Of a stretch of DNA of 64,000 nucleotides, positions 1 through 7,942 are shown piece after piece. Positions within the stretch are counted from its first letter, which is position 1. Each line of letters opens with the position of its first letter. The notes under the pieces are model-generated. The model ran no database searches, was not told the origin of the DNA, and saw only the letters and a list, made by a program, of their open reading frames with translations. This DNA is from Nitrospirota bacterium (GTDB taxonomy: Bacteria; Nitrospirota; Thermodesulfovibrionia; Thermodesulfovibrionales; Dissulfurispiraceae): assembly GCA_963790025.1 (NCBI GenBank), contig CAWBMP010000002.1:672001-736000 (forward strand), in the 5' to 3' direction. The position numbers and the translations under genes are program-made.

Positions 1-332
1 TTCGATATTATTATGCTCTTGTACCGGTCTTGCCAGAAATGCCCAATATGCCTGTACTTTCCCTTGTAATACTGAGCATAAGAAAGATTGACGCCCTTCA
101 TGATCTCCGCCAGACTGCCTCCATTTACTACTGTCTCAACCACCAAATGCACGTGATTAGTCATAAGCACATAATGATAAAGCTTGTAGCCATACTTTTC
201 TTTATACTTAAGCAATATCTCGATATATCTCTCATAATCCCTTTCATATTGAAATATGTTCTGTCGATTGTTTCCTCTCGTCAGAACATGATATATATGC
301 TCACTCGGAGCTATACGCGCTGTTCTCGGCAT
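1..332 (-). CDS. Y1/HUH (IS200/IS605-like, RAYT-type) transposase, copy 1, cut off by window start
   Basis: 1-332 is identical by eye to 1228-1559 (offset 1227). ATG at 332. HUH motif in LMTNHVHLVV. Confidence 0.9.
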   Translation of the reverse strand, partial: MPRTARIAPSEHIYHVLTRGNNRQNIFQYERDYERYIEILLKYKEKYGYKLYHYVLMTNHVHLVVETVVNGGSLAEIMKGVNLSYAQYYKGKYRHIGHFWQDRYKSIIIS

Positions 333-468
333 TCTAAACTGTCACCGCCACCCTGTTTCTCTCAAAAAAATAGAACCGTCCCATTTAATCTTCTTCATCG
401 TGTAAATTGCCTTAAATTTATTCCGCAAATGTACCCGTCCTATTTAATCTTCCATTTAATCTTGCCGT

Positions 469-822
469 TTATCTTGTTCTCTGGAATTCTCTTCTAAACT
501 CCCAAACAAATGCTATTACTAAAAAGATCGACATAATTATATTAAGTGGATACCCGAACCATAAAAACATGCAAAGGATGCCATATGAATGAAACAGAAC
601 AAGGTGATATTTCTTTAATTTATTTTTCTTTTTATGCTCAAACAATTTAATAGCAATAACATAGCCGACCATACTGCCTGAAATAATTATTGATCTCGAC
701 GCATATTTCCCACCCATAAAAGTAGCAATAAGGTTTGCTAAAAAAATAATGATCGATAATGCAAGTCCCCAGTTTATATATTTAGAATAAAATTGATTAA
801 TGTTTTTATTTTCCATATACAT
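469..822 (-). CDS. Small multi-pass membrane protein, immunity-protein-like
   Basis: 117-aa AT-rich ORF with about 4 hydrophobic segments, flanked by motif copies. The immunity role is inferred from context. Confidence 0.6.
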   Translation of the reverse strand: MYMENKNINQFYSKYINWGLALSIIIFLANLIATFMGGKYASRSIIISGSMVGYVIAIKLFEHKKKNKLKKYHLVLFHSYGILCMFLWFGYPLNIIMSIFLVIAFVWEFRREFQRTR

Positions 823-846
823 AACCTATCTTTTTCTATAACTGAA

Positions 847-1612
847 TAAATGGGACGGTTCTATTTTTCCTCATTTCTCTCCTTCTTGGGTCGCCCTTTC
901 CTCCGTATCATTTCTTCAAGCGCAAATCTCTTCTGCAGCATCGCCACGAAAGCCTCGTTCCCATACACTGCTTTCCGCTCCATCTCGCCTTTCATAGCTT
1001 CTTTTTCGGTAAGCATTCCCTTCACAAATTCCCTGTATTTTATCCTCCGCTCCGCCTCGCTCTCCGACAATTACTCATATATTACGTGCTCATCTACTAA
1101 CAAGTCCTCTCTCCCATGGCCATATGCCCGGTAGCTGCTCCACCGATACTCCTTCGGATCATCTACCATTTGCGCCCTTACCGGATTAAGCTCCACATAG
1201 CTTCCACAGGCAAGCAGATAATTATCTTTCGATATTATTATGCTCTTGTACCGGTCTTGCCAGAAATGCCCAATATGCCTGTACTTTCCCTTGTAATACT
1301 GAGCATAAGAAAGATTGACGCCCTTCATGATCTCCGCCAGACTGCCTCCATTTACTACTGTCTCAACCACCAAATGCACGTGATTAGTCATAAGCACATA
1401 ATGATAAAGCTTGTAGCCATACTTTTCTTTATACTTAAGCAATATCTCGATATATCTCTCATAATCCCTTTCATATTGAAATATGTTCTGTCGATTGTTT
1501 CCTCTCGTCAGAACATGATATATATGCTCACTCGGAGCTATACGCGCTGTTCTCGGCATTCTAAACTGTCACCGCCACCCTGTTTCTCTCAAAAAATAGA
1601 ACCGTCCCATTA
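847..1612 (-). mobile_element. ~766-bp element with terminal inverted repeats carrying a Y1/HUH transposase
   Basis: AATGGGACGGTTCTATTTTT (849-868) is the exact reverse complement of AAAAATAGAACCGTCCCATT (1592-1611). The same end sequence occurs at ~366-387 and ~2096-2116. Confidence 0.85.
861..1559 (-). pseudogene. Y1/HUH RAYT-type transposase, copy 2, split by an in-frame TAA at 1071-1073
   Basis: ORFs 1071..1559 and 861..1070 are in one frame, separated only by TAA. Motifs: MPRTAR, YHVLTRGNNRQNIF, NHVHL, HFWQDRYKS, YVELNPVRA, YRWSSY and C-terminal GRPKK. Confidence 0.85.
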
Positions 1613-1619
1613 ATCTTCT

Positions 1620-1958
1620 TCACCCGCCAATTACCGCGCCGCCTATCGTTCCCAATGGCCCCGCGAGTGAACCAATTGCCGTTCCAACTTCAAGTCCGAT
1701 GCTTGACCCGAATGTTGTTCCAACATATTTACCTGCCGCTCCATCTAGAGTTCCGCCAATTATATTTCCAATTAGTTCACCTGTTCCGGCTGAATTGAAA
1801 ATGTTTTTTCCTGTATCCTTGGCAATGCCCCATCCAAAACCGGCATTTGAATTAGCATAGTTTGAAATAGAATTCATAGCACTATCAATAGTCGGCACAG
1901 TCGGCGTTGGTGGTGGCGGTGGTGGCGTGTATGTACCTCCCCCTCCGCCGCCGTTATT
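1620..1958 (-). pseudogene. Start-less Gly/Pro-rich linker plus glycine-zipper fragment, resembling a polymorphic-toxin/bacteriocin C-terminal region
   Basis: The frame is open upstream of the called GTG: NNGGGGGGTYTPPPPPPTPTVPTIDSAM...GTAIGSLAGPLGTIGGAVIGG. Motif copies lie at both ends. Confidence 0.5.
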
Positions 1959-1965
1959 TCCATTT

Positions 1966-2117
1966 AATCCCTTTCATCTTTAAATATGTTCTGTCAATTG
2001 TTTCCTCTCGTCAGAACGTGATATATATGCTCACTCGGAGCTATACGCGCTGTTCTCGGCATTCTAAACTGTCACCACCACCCTGTTTCTCTCAAAAAAT
2101 AGAACCGTCCCATTTAA
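1966..2117 (-). pseudogene. 5' fragment of the same Y1 transposase unit (copy 3) with its inverted-repeat end
   Basis: ATG at 2062. Matches copies 1 and 2 with a few substitutions, including CGA>TGA at codon 23. Homology ends at GGGATTA, where a TCCATTTAATC motif sits. Confidence 0.85.
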
Positions 2118-2227
2118 CGCATGACGGAGCTGTCAAAATCGCGTTCCAATCTGAATCCATTTTGGGACAGCCTGCCGTCCCATTTAATTCTTATTTCGTA
2201 AATGTACCCGTCCCATTTTATTTTTCT

Positions 2228-2560
2228 CTACTTGTATCTTGTGATATCGGGCTCTTTCTTAATAAGATCGATTAGTAGTAATATTACAACTATCCCATAG
2301 ATAATAATTAGAGATATGAATGAGCTTGAAGCTGGTTGCCTCGTCAGTATTGCATAGACGACGACTAAGGCAATTACAATCTTTATTACGGTAATTTTTA
2401 AAATGCCGTATTTTATTTGCAGCTTATAATATCTATTCTCTATTAACGGCTTATAAGACTTTGTAAGAATAAGCAGCACCGCATCAAGGAGCACAAATAG
2501 AACAAGGCTACTCACTTCTATGATCCTCAGCAAGTGATCAAATTTTACTAATGTTTCCAT
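2228..2560 (-). CDS. Small membrane protein, immunity-protein-like
   Basis: 110-aa ORF with 3 hydrophobic segments, starting a few bp after the stop of the upstream fragment. Confidence 0.6.
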   Translation of the reverse strand: METLVKFDHLLRIIEVSSLVLFVLLDAVLLILTKSYKPLIENRYYKLQIKYGILKITVIKIVIALVVVYAILTRQPASSSFISLIIIYGIVVILLLIDLIKKEPDITRYK

Positions 2561-2566
2561 ATTCGT

Positions 2567-2815
2567 TTACCTTCTATACCACCACTTTTTCAGAGTGTCG
2601 ATTCTCCTTCCAATCCGCTCTGCCATCCCCTGATATTCTACTGACATCGCACCAACGACCTCGCGAGTTTTATTAATTTTGTCATATCCAATATCTACTG
2701 CTGTTGGAATATTTAACGCCTCGCCAATTCGGTACCCAAGATAATTTTCCATTGCGTGAGACCCACTAATTTTAGCAGCCTCCCATACGACAACTCCAAA
2801 TCTGCCTATTCTTCG
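2567..2815 (-). pseudogene. Start-less C-terminal protein fragment, putative toxin tip (...GRFGVVVWEAAKISG...KKWWYRR*)
   Basis: 3' part of ORF 2567..2896. The 5' part of that ORF overlaps a better ORF in another frame (2806..2928). Confidence 0.4.
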
Positions 2816-2928
2816 GAGAAGTTTCTGGAAACGTGAAAATGAACTAAGAAGCCTCCTATGAATATCGGAGCAACAATTAAAAATAACCGGAGCCAACTTA
2901 TTATTTTTCCTTTTTTTCTACGGTCCAT
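2806..2928 (-). CDS. 40-aa single-TM peptide, possibly a truncated immunity gene (MDRRKKGKIISWLRLFLIVAPIFIGGFLVHFHVSRNFSEE)
   Basis: Manual translation. ATG lies 14 bp after the stop of the 2943..3176 fragment. Confidence 0.35.
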   Translation of the reverse strand: MDRRKKGKIISWLRLFLIVAPIFIGGFLVHFHVSRNFSEE

Positions 2929-2942
2929 AAATTTCTTTTAAG

Positions 2943-3176
2943 CTATTTAGAAAAATAGTCATATTCCTTATCTAAACATTTATAACAACTATGAGCAAAA
3001 TCAAAAGCAATTCCAATTTGAGAAGCTCTTCCTCCCCAATTTAAAAGTCCTCTAACTATTGAGGACTGCATTGGTTTTATCAAGAAAGGCGTCCCAATTT
3101 TTGATGGCGTAGTTGCAGCGTGACGCCAAGCGACATAATTAAATGTTCCCGCCGCTCCTTTGCCAGCTACTTTAAA
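2943..3176 (-). pseudogene. Start-less 77-codon fragment, putative toxin tip (FKVAGKGAAGTFNYVAWRHAA...SSIVRGLLNWGGRASQIGIAFDFAHSCYKCLDKEYDYFSK*)
   Basis: Manual translation gives an open frame with no initiator at its 5' end. The style resembles Rhs-type C-termini (inference). Confidence 0.4.
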
Positions 3177-3192
3177 TCATTTTTTCTTCAGT

Positions 3193-3221
3193 AAGTTAAA
3201 GCACGATTGGCCGCCTGTCAA
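3193..3221 (-). promoter_or_regulatory. Candidate sigma70 promoter pointing into the cassette array
   Basis: TTGACA (3221-3216), 17-bp spacer, TAACTT (3198-3193) on the minus strand. Confidence 0.45.
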
Positions 3222-3261
3222 TTTTCGTTGCTTTGTAAAAAAAAGTTGCAGGGGTGCTTAC

Positions 3262-4641
3262 CTATTTCCCTATACAAAACTCGCTGAATATTTTATTAAG
3301 AATATCATCTGTGGTAACAGCGCCGATTATAGTTCCCAAATGGTCCAGTGCATCCCGCAGGTACATGGCTATAATCTCAAGTGGAATGTCGTTTTCAAAT
3401 GACTTTACTGCCTCGGAAAGGGCTTGAGCTGCACGGTCGAGTGAATGCTTGTGTCTGATATTGGTAATAAGAGGAATTTCCGCATCCATAGGAACTCCTG
3501 AAGAAGTACACCTGCAATAGATCATGTCTTTCAGCTCCTCAATTCCCTCTCCGGTCAATGCCGATGCCATAACGAAATGCCTCAACCCCTCAGGAATAGC
3601 GAAGTCAGGAGACCGGATATCACACTTATTAATAAGAACGATTGTTTTCTTATGAGCAACAGCTGCAATGAGTTGTTCATCGGCCTTGTCAAGGGGCATG
3701 CTGCTGTCCAGCACAGCGATAACGATATCGGCGCCCTCAATGGCCTTCAGGCTCCTTTTTATACCCTCCGTTTCGGCAAGATTATGGGTCTCCCGAATGC
3801 CGGCCGTATCCATAATACGGAGCGGCAGACCCTTGATATTCAGAGTGTCTTCTATGACATCCCTGGTAGTGCCGGGCATTTCAGTAACGATTGCCCGGTC
3901 CTTTTCTAGAAGTGTGTTCATCAGCGATGATTTTCCAACATTGGGTTTTCCTACAATAGCGGTTGCGACCCCATCTCTGAAAAATCTGCCGTCTTCGTAT
4001 CCGGCTGAAAGGTCTGCCAGCTCCGTGCCGATAGCTCTTAATGTATCAATGACTTCAACCTTCCTGACTGTTTCAATTTCATCCTCAGGAAAATCGATCT
4101 GTGCCTCCACGTATGCGCACAATGTCGTTACACGGTCCTGCAGCGCAGATATTCTCTGTGAGAGCTTCCCTTCAAGCTGGGCCAGGGCGAAACGTTCAGC
4201 CTGTTCCGATCGGGCCTTTATGACATCAATAACCGCTTCTGCCTGAGAGAGGTCTATTCTGCCGTTCAAGAAAGCCCTTTTGGTGAATTCTCCGGGCTCA
4301 GCTATTCTGGCGCCTTCACTGAGGAGAAGCTGGAGCACTGTTTTAAGAGGAAGCATGCCGCCGTGGCAATTGATTTCAACCACATCCTCCCTTGTGTATG
4401 TCCTGGGTGCCCGCATAACTGTAACCAGCACTTCGTCGACTTTCACCCCCCGGGCAGGATCGACAATAAATCCATATGTTATGGTATGTGATGCCGCATC
4501 CCTCAGTCTTTTAGTCGGCGTTGTCAAAAAGATACGGCCGGCTATATCAACCGCACCTTTTCCACTAAGTCGGATAATGCCTATCCCACCCTCGCCTATT
4601 GGAGTGGCTATTGCCGCAATTGTATCGTCAGGATAGATCAT
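3262..4641 (-). CDS. mnmE: tRNA modification GTPase MnmE (TrmE)
   Basis: DTIAAIATP, GEFTKRAFLNGRIDL, GKPNVGKSS, C-terminal FCIGK. Confidence 0.98.
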   Translation of the reverse strand: MIYPDDTIAAIATPIGEGGIGIIRLSGKGAVDIAGRIFLTTPTKRLRDAASHTITYGFIVDPARGVKVDEVLVTVMRAPRTYTREDVVEINCHGGMLPLKTVLQLLLSEGARIAEPGEFTKRAFLNGRIDLSQAEAVIDVIKARSEQAERFALAQLEGKLSQRISALQDRVTTLCAYVEAQIDFPEDEIETVRKVEVIDTLRAIGTELADLSAGYEDGRFFRDGVATAIVGKPNVGKSSLMNTLLEKDRAIVTEMPGTTRDVIEDTLNIKGLPLRIMDTAGIRETHNLAETEGIKRSLKAIEGADIVIAVLDSSMPLDKADEQLIAAVAHKKTIVLINKCDIRSPDFAIPEGLRHFVMASALTGEGIEELKDMIYCRCTSSGVPMDAEIPLITNIRHKHSLDRAAQALSEAVKSFENDIPLEIIAMYLRDALDHLGTIIGAVTTDDILNKIFSEFCIGK

Positions 4642-4662
4642 AACAGGATGCTTTAAATGGAA

Positions 4663-5601
4663 TTACCCGGCTTTTCGCGTCTCCACATAATACGCCGCAG
4701 CCAGCGCCGCTGTGCACCCGTCAGCTGCCGCAACCACAATCTGGTTGGCAAACTTGCGCCTTAAGTCCCCGGCAGCGAAGATGCCCGGCACGCTGGTCTC
4801 ACACTTCTCGCTTGTAATTACATAACCCTGTTCGTCTATGTGGATCGCGGGAGGGATCAATTGATTATTTGGAGAATTGCCGATAAAAATAAAGACCCCG
4901 TCCGTCGGTATTTCTCCCTTTTCACCGGTCGCAGTATTTTCGAAAGAGACAGCGTTGACAGTTCTCCCGTTTCCCTTTATTTCCGTAATTATCGTATCCC
5001 AGATTACTTCGATTCCCGGCTCGGCCATAAGACGACTTTGGAGTATGTTGGTTGCCCGCAAAGTATTTTTCCGATGAACAAGGTATACTTTTTTCACCAG
5101 CCTTGATAGATAAAGCGCTTCCTCGACAGCGGTATCTCCCCCGCCGATGACAACTACGGTCTTATCTCTGAAGAAGAACCCGTCGCAAGTAGCACAGTAT
5201 GAAACACCTGTTCCGAAGTATTCCGCTTCGCCGGGGATGCCGAGCTTTCGCAAGGTAGCGCCCAATGCAAAAATAAGGGCCACAGTGTGGAACACATCAC
5301 CATTGCCAAGCATGACCGAGTGAAAATCGGGGCCTGAATTGACTGCCGCAACCTCCTGCTGGACAAGGTTCAGGCCAAAGGACTGGGCATGATGGACCAG
5401 TTTTTCTGCCAGATCAAAACCGGTTATGCCCTCCAGGCCGGGGTAGTTCTCCACCTCTTTTGATATTGCAATCTGGCCTCCGGGCAGCCCTTTCTCGAAA
5501 AGGACCGTTTTCAGCGCGGCCCTTTGGCAATAAAGCCCTGCAGTGAGCCCTGCCGGCCCCCCTCCAATAATGATTACTTCATATGTATCGTTAACAGCCA
5601 T
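4663..5601 (-). CDS. trxB: Thioredoxin-disulfide reductase
   Basis: GGGPAGLTAG, CATC active site, GGGDTAVEEA. Confidence 0.95.
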   Translation of the reverse strand: MAVNDTYEVIIIGGGPAGLTAGLYCQRAALKTVLFEKGLPGGQIAISKEVENYPGLEGITGFDLAEKLVHHAQSFGLNLVQQEVAAVNSGPDFHSVMLGNGDVFHTVALIFALGATLRKLGIPGEAEYFGTGVSYCATCDGFFFRDKTVVVIGGGDTAVEEALYLSRLVKKVYLVHRKNTLRATNILQSRLMAEPGIEVIWDTIITEIKGNGRTVNAVSFENTATGEKGEIPTDGVFIFIGNSPNNQLIPPAIHIDEQGYVITSEKCETSVPGIFAAGDLRRKFANQIVVAAADGCTAALAAAYYVETRKAG

Positions 5602-5686
5602 AATGTTTCTCCACCTGATGATATTAAGCTTATCATTGGGTCAATATTCAGTCAATCATCTACTAATAATATACGGTGTCGAGCAG

Positions 5687-5830
5687 TCAGGCCACAGTGC
5701 TTCAGCTAAATTTCGCAAGGCGTCCAGCCTTGCTCAAAGGCGCGGCAGCCTGTTCAGCCATCCATGGCGTCTCAGGCTGCCGATGCCCGCCTCAGCACTA
5801 TGTCCTGCCTGCTCTTGGAGAGAATTTATC
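5687..5830. repeat. ~140-bp dispersed palindromic repeat (REP/MITE-like), copy A
   Basis: Inverted copy at 33194-33332. The 38-bp core GGCAGCCTGTTCAGCCATCCATGGCGTCTCAGGCTGCC is identical in both. Confidence 0.85.
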
Positions 5831-5845
5831 AATAATAAAGAAAAA

Positions 5846-5965
5846 AGGGTTTCGTACGAAGTCCATAGGCAAGGCGCAAATCCTGACGAATGAGGCCGAG
5901 CACTCAACACGTTACTCATAAGCGATTTGAGTGCTCGGCAGTATATGGGCTTTTTACGAAACCCT
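5846..5965. repeat. ~120-bp MITE-like element with imperfect terminal inverted repeats and an internal hairpin
   Basis: AGGGTTTCGTACGAAGTCCATA ... TATGGGCTTTTTACGAAACCCT. The internal hairpin 5895-5939 recurs inverted at 7756-7797. Confidence 0.7.
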
Positions 5966-7502
5966 ACGCGGTTTTTTTTGCGAGCTTCCGGTTGGTATAG
6001 AACTGCTGTCCAATACTCAGCACATTATTCACAAGCCAGTACAGCACAAGGCCCGAGGGGAAGCTCAGAAACATGAACGTAAAGACGACAGGCATAATCA
6101 TCATCATTTTCTGCTGCATCGGGTCCATGGAGGATGGCGTCATCTTCTGCTGTATAACCATGGTGATTCCCATAACTATCGGCATGACATATGTGGGGTC
6201 CTTCAGGGAAAGATCGTGGATCCAGAACGCGAAGGGCGCCCCCCTCAGCTCAATCGAGATAAGAAGCACCTTGTACAAAGCAAAAAAGACCGGGATCTGA
6301 AGCAGCATAGGCAGACAGCCGCCCATCGGGTTCACCTTGTGCTTTTTGTAAAGCTCCATAATCTCCCGCTGCATTCTCTGCGGGTCACTTTTATATTTCT
6401 CCCTGACCTCAGCCATTCTGGGTTGTATATCCTGCAGCTTCTTCATGGATTGCTGCCCTTTATTTACAAGTGGAATAAACGGGATCCTCACAAGAGTGGT
6501 AAGAATGATAATGGCAATCCCGTAGTTGTGCGAAATCTTATAGAACAATTTTAAAACCCAGAACAACGGACGGGCAATGATAGAGAAAAAGCCGAAATCA
6601 ATCACATACTCGAGCCCTACATGATATTGCTGAAGCCGGTCGTTTTCTTTAGGACCGTTATATATCTTATATGTATTTACCCCGCTTTTGAATTGAGCGG
6701 CAACCAGAGCGTCGGCATTTTTGTCCCAGACCTTTACTTCATCGACTGCCTCTCCGGGAATAAGGGAAGAAAAGAAATACTTATCTTCCTGGGCAATCCA
6801 TTTGACGCCCTCTTTAAAGATCTTAGCCTCTTTCAATTTGGGCACTGAAAATTCAAGCCTGTCGGCATCTTTCAATACCACGGGTCCGAAGTGCACTTTA
6901 CTGTCTTTATCATAAATGCCGAAATCCTTTCCCAGGGTTATCCAGTATGTCGGAAGACCGGTTATTTCATCTTTCAGGTCAATAGCGTAGTCATCGTAAT
7001 GAAAAGTATAGGTACGGCGGATCGAAGTGCTCCCATCTGAATAGTCAAAGGCAAGTGAGGCAGTATTTATCCTGGGAGTGAGTTTGACATTGCTTCCGCG
7101 AACCAGAAAAGGGGCATGAGCGAACTGGAATCCATCATCCGCCCCAATCGAAAACGGGGGTAAGGCCTCATCCCGCATTAATACTATCGGGTTCCCTTTA
7201 TTATCTTTGTACTGCTTGAGCAGTATGCTTTTTATGGTGCCTCCCATGGAGCTGAAGGTGGCCGTATACAGATCATTCTCCACCACCACTTCTCTTTCTC
7301 CTTCGGACGCATTTATCTTTGGGATTGACGCAGGAGCGTTAGCAGAAGCCTGTTTCATTTCCTCCTTAGTGGGTTCTTTAGAGGATTCCCTGGCAATATT
7401 TCCGCTCGTTACCGGAGGTGCTGGGGGTTTCACAAAAAAATACTGGTATACGAGGAGTATGGCAATAGAAATAGTAATTGCAAGCAACGTCCTTTTTTCC
7501 AT
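5964..7502 (-). CDS. yidC: Membrane protein insertase YidC
   Basis: NYGIAIIILT, KVNPMGGCLPMLLQIPVFFALY, GLVLYW. Confidence 0.98.
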   Translation of the reverse strand: MEKRTLLAITISIAILLVYQYFFVKPPAPPVTSGNIARESSKEPTKEEMKQASANAPASIPKINASEGEREVVVENDLYTATFSSMGGTIKSILLKQYKDNKGNPIVLMRDEALPPFSIGADDGFQFAHAPFLVRGSNVKLTPRINTASLAFDYSDGSTSIRRTYTFHYDDYAIDLKDEITGLPTYWITLGKDFGIYDKDSKVHFGPVVLKDADRLEFSVPKLKEAKIFKEGVKWIAQEDKYFFSSLIPGEAVDEVKVWDKNADALVAAQFKSGVNTYKIYNGPKENDRLQQYHVGLEYVIDFGFFSIIARPLFWVLKLFYKISHNYGIAIIILTTLVRIPFIPLVNKGQQSMKKLQDIQPRMAEVREKYKSDPQRMQREIMELYKKHKVNPMGGCLPMLLQIPVFFALYKVLLISIELRGAPFAFWIHDLSLKDPTYVMPIVMGITMVIQQKMTPSSMDPMQQKMMMIMPVVFTFMFLSFPSGLVLYWLVNNVLSIGQQFYTNRKLAKKTA

Positions 7503-7520
7503 TATAAAAATCCTTTACAT

Positions 7521-7730
7521 TTATTTTACCGGGTCATATCCGCCCGGATGAAATGGATGGCACTTTAAAATTCTTTTAATGGTAAGATAGCTGCCTTTAA
7601 ACGCGCCATACTCTTCTAAGGCCTCGATGGAATACTCTGAACATGACGGCGTAAATCTGCAACTGGAAGGCAATACAGGTGAAATCAAATACCTGTATAA
7701 TTTCACCAGGACAATTATAAGCGTCTTCAC
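7521..7730 (-). CDS. yidD: Membrane protein insertion efficiency factor YidD
   Basis: [33 protein letters not shown]. Likely GTG start at 7730. Confidence 0.95.
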   Translation of the reverse strand: MKTLIIVLVKLYRYLISPVLPSSCRFTPSCSEYSIEALEEYGAFKGSYLTIKRILKCHPFHPGGYDPVK

Positions 7731-7755
7731 TGCCCAAAGCCCCCTATCACACCCA

Positions 7756-7797
7756 CTGAGCACTCAAATCGCCATAAGCAGCGTGTTGAGTGCTCGG
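7756..7797. repeat. Hairpin repeat between rpmH and yidD
   Basis: GAGCACTCAA...TTGAGTGCTC, an inverted near-copy of 5895-5939. Confidence 0.75.
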
Positions 7798-7801
7798 CTG
7801 G

Positions 7802-7942
7802 TCAGCCTGCCAAACGTTTCCTGCCCTTCGCCCTTCTGTTCTTCAGCACCTTTCTGCCGCCGGTAGTGCTAATACGAGTACGAAAGCCGTGGGTCTTTTT
7901 CCTTCTGCTTTTATGCGGATTATATGTTGTATATGTTCCCAT
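7802..7942 (-). CDS. rpmH: 50S ribosomal protein L34 (missed by ORF track)
   Basis: Manual translation: [54 protein letters not shown] upstream. Confidence 0.96.
   Translation of the reverse strand: MGTYTTYNPHKSRRKKTHGFRTRISTTGGRKVLKNRRAKGRKRLAG

Noticed and set aside
1071..1073. Programmed recoding or alternative genetic code at the transposase stop
   Set aside because: The codon is TAA (not Sec/Pyl) and all three stops terminate core genes normally. A nonsense mutation is simpler.
376..2220. Array as a CRISPR or a classical integron
   Set aside because: The repeats are short and irregularly spaced, with no cas genes or intI in the window and no attC-like structures recognised.
30..2275. 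Plus-strand ORFs 30..497, 1116..1613 and 1907..2275
   Set aside because: These are antisense shadows of the transposase copies.
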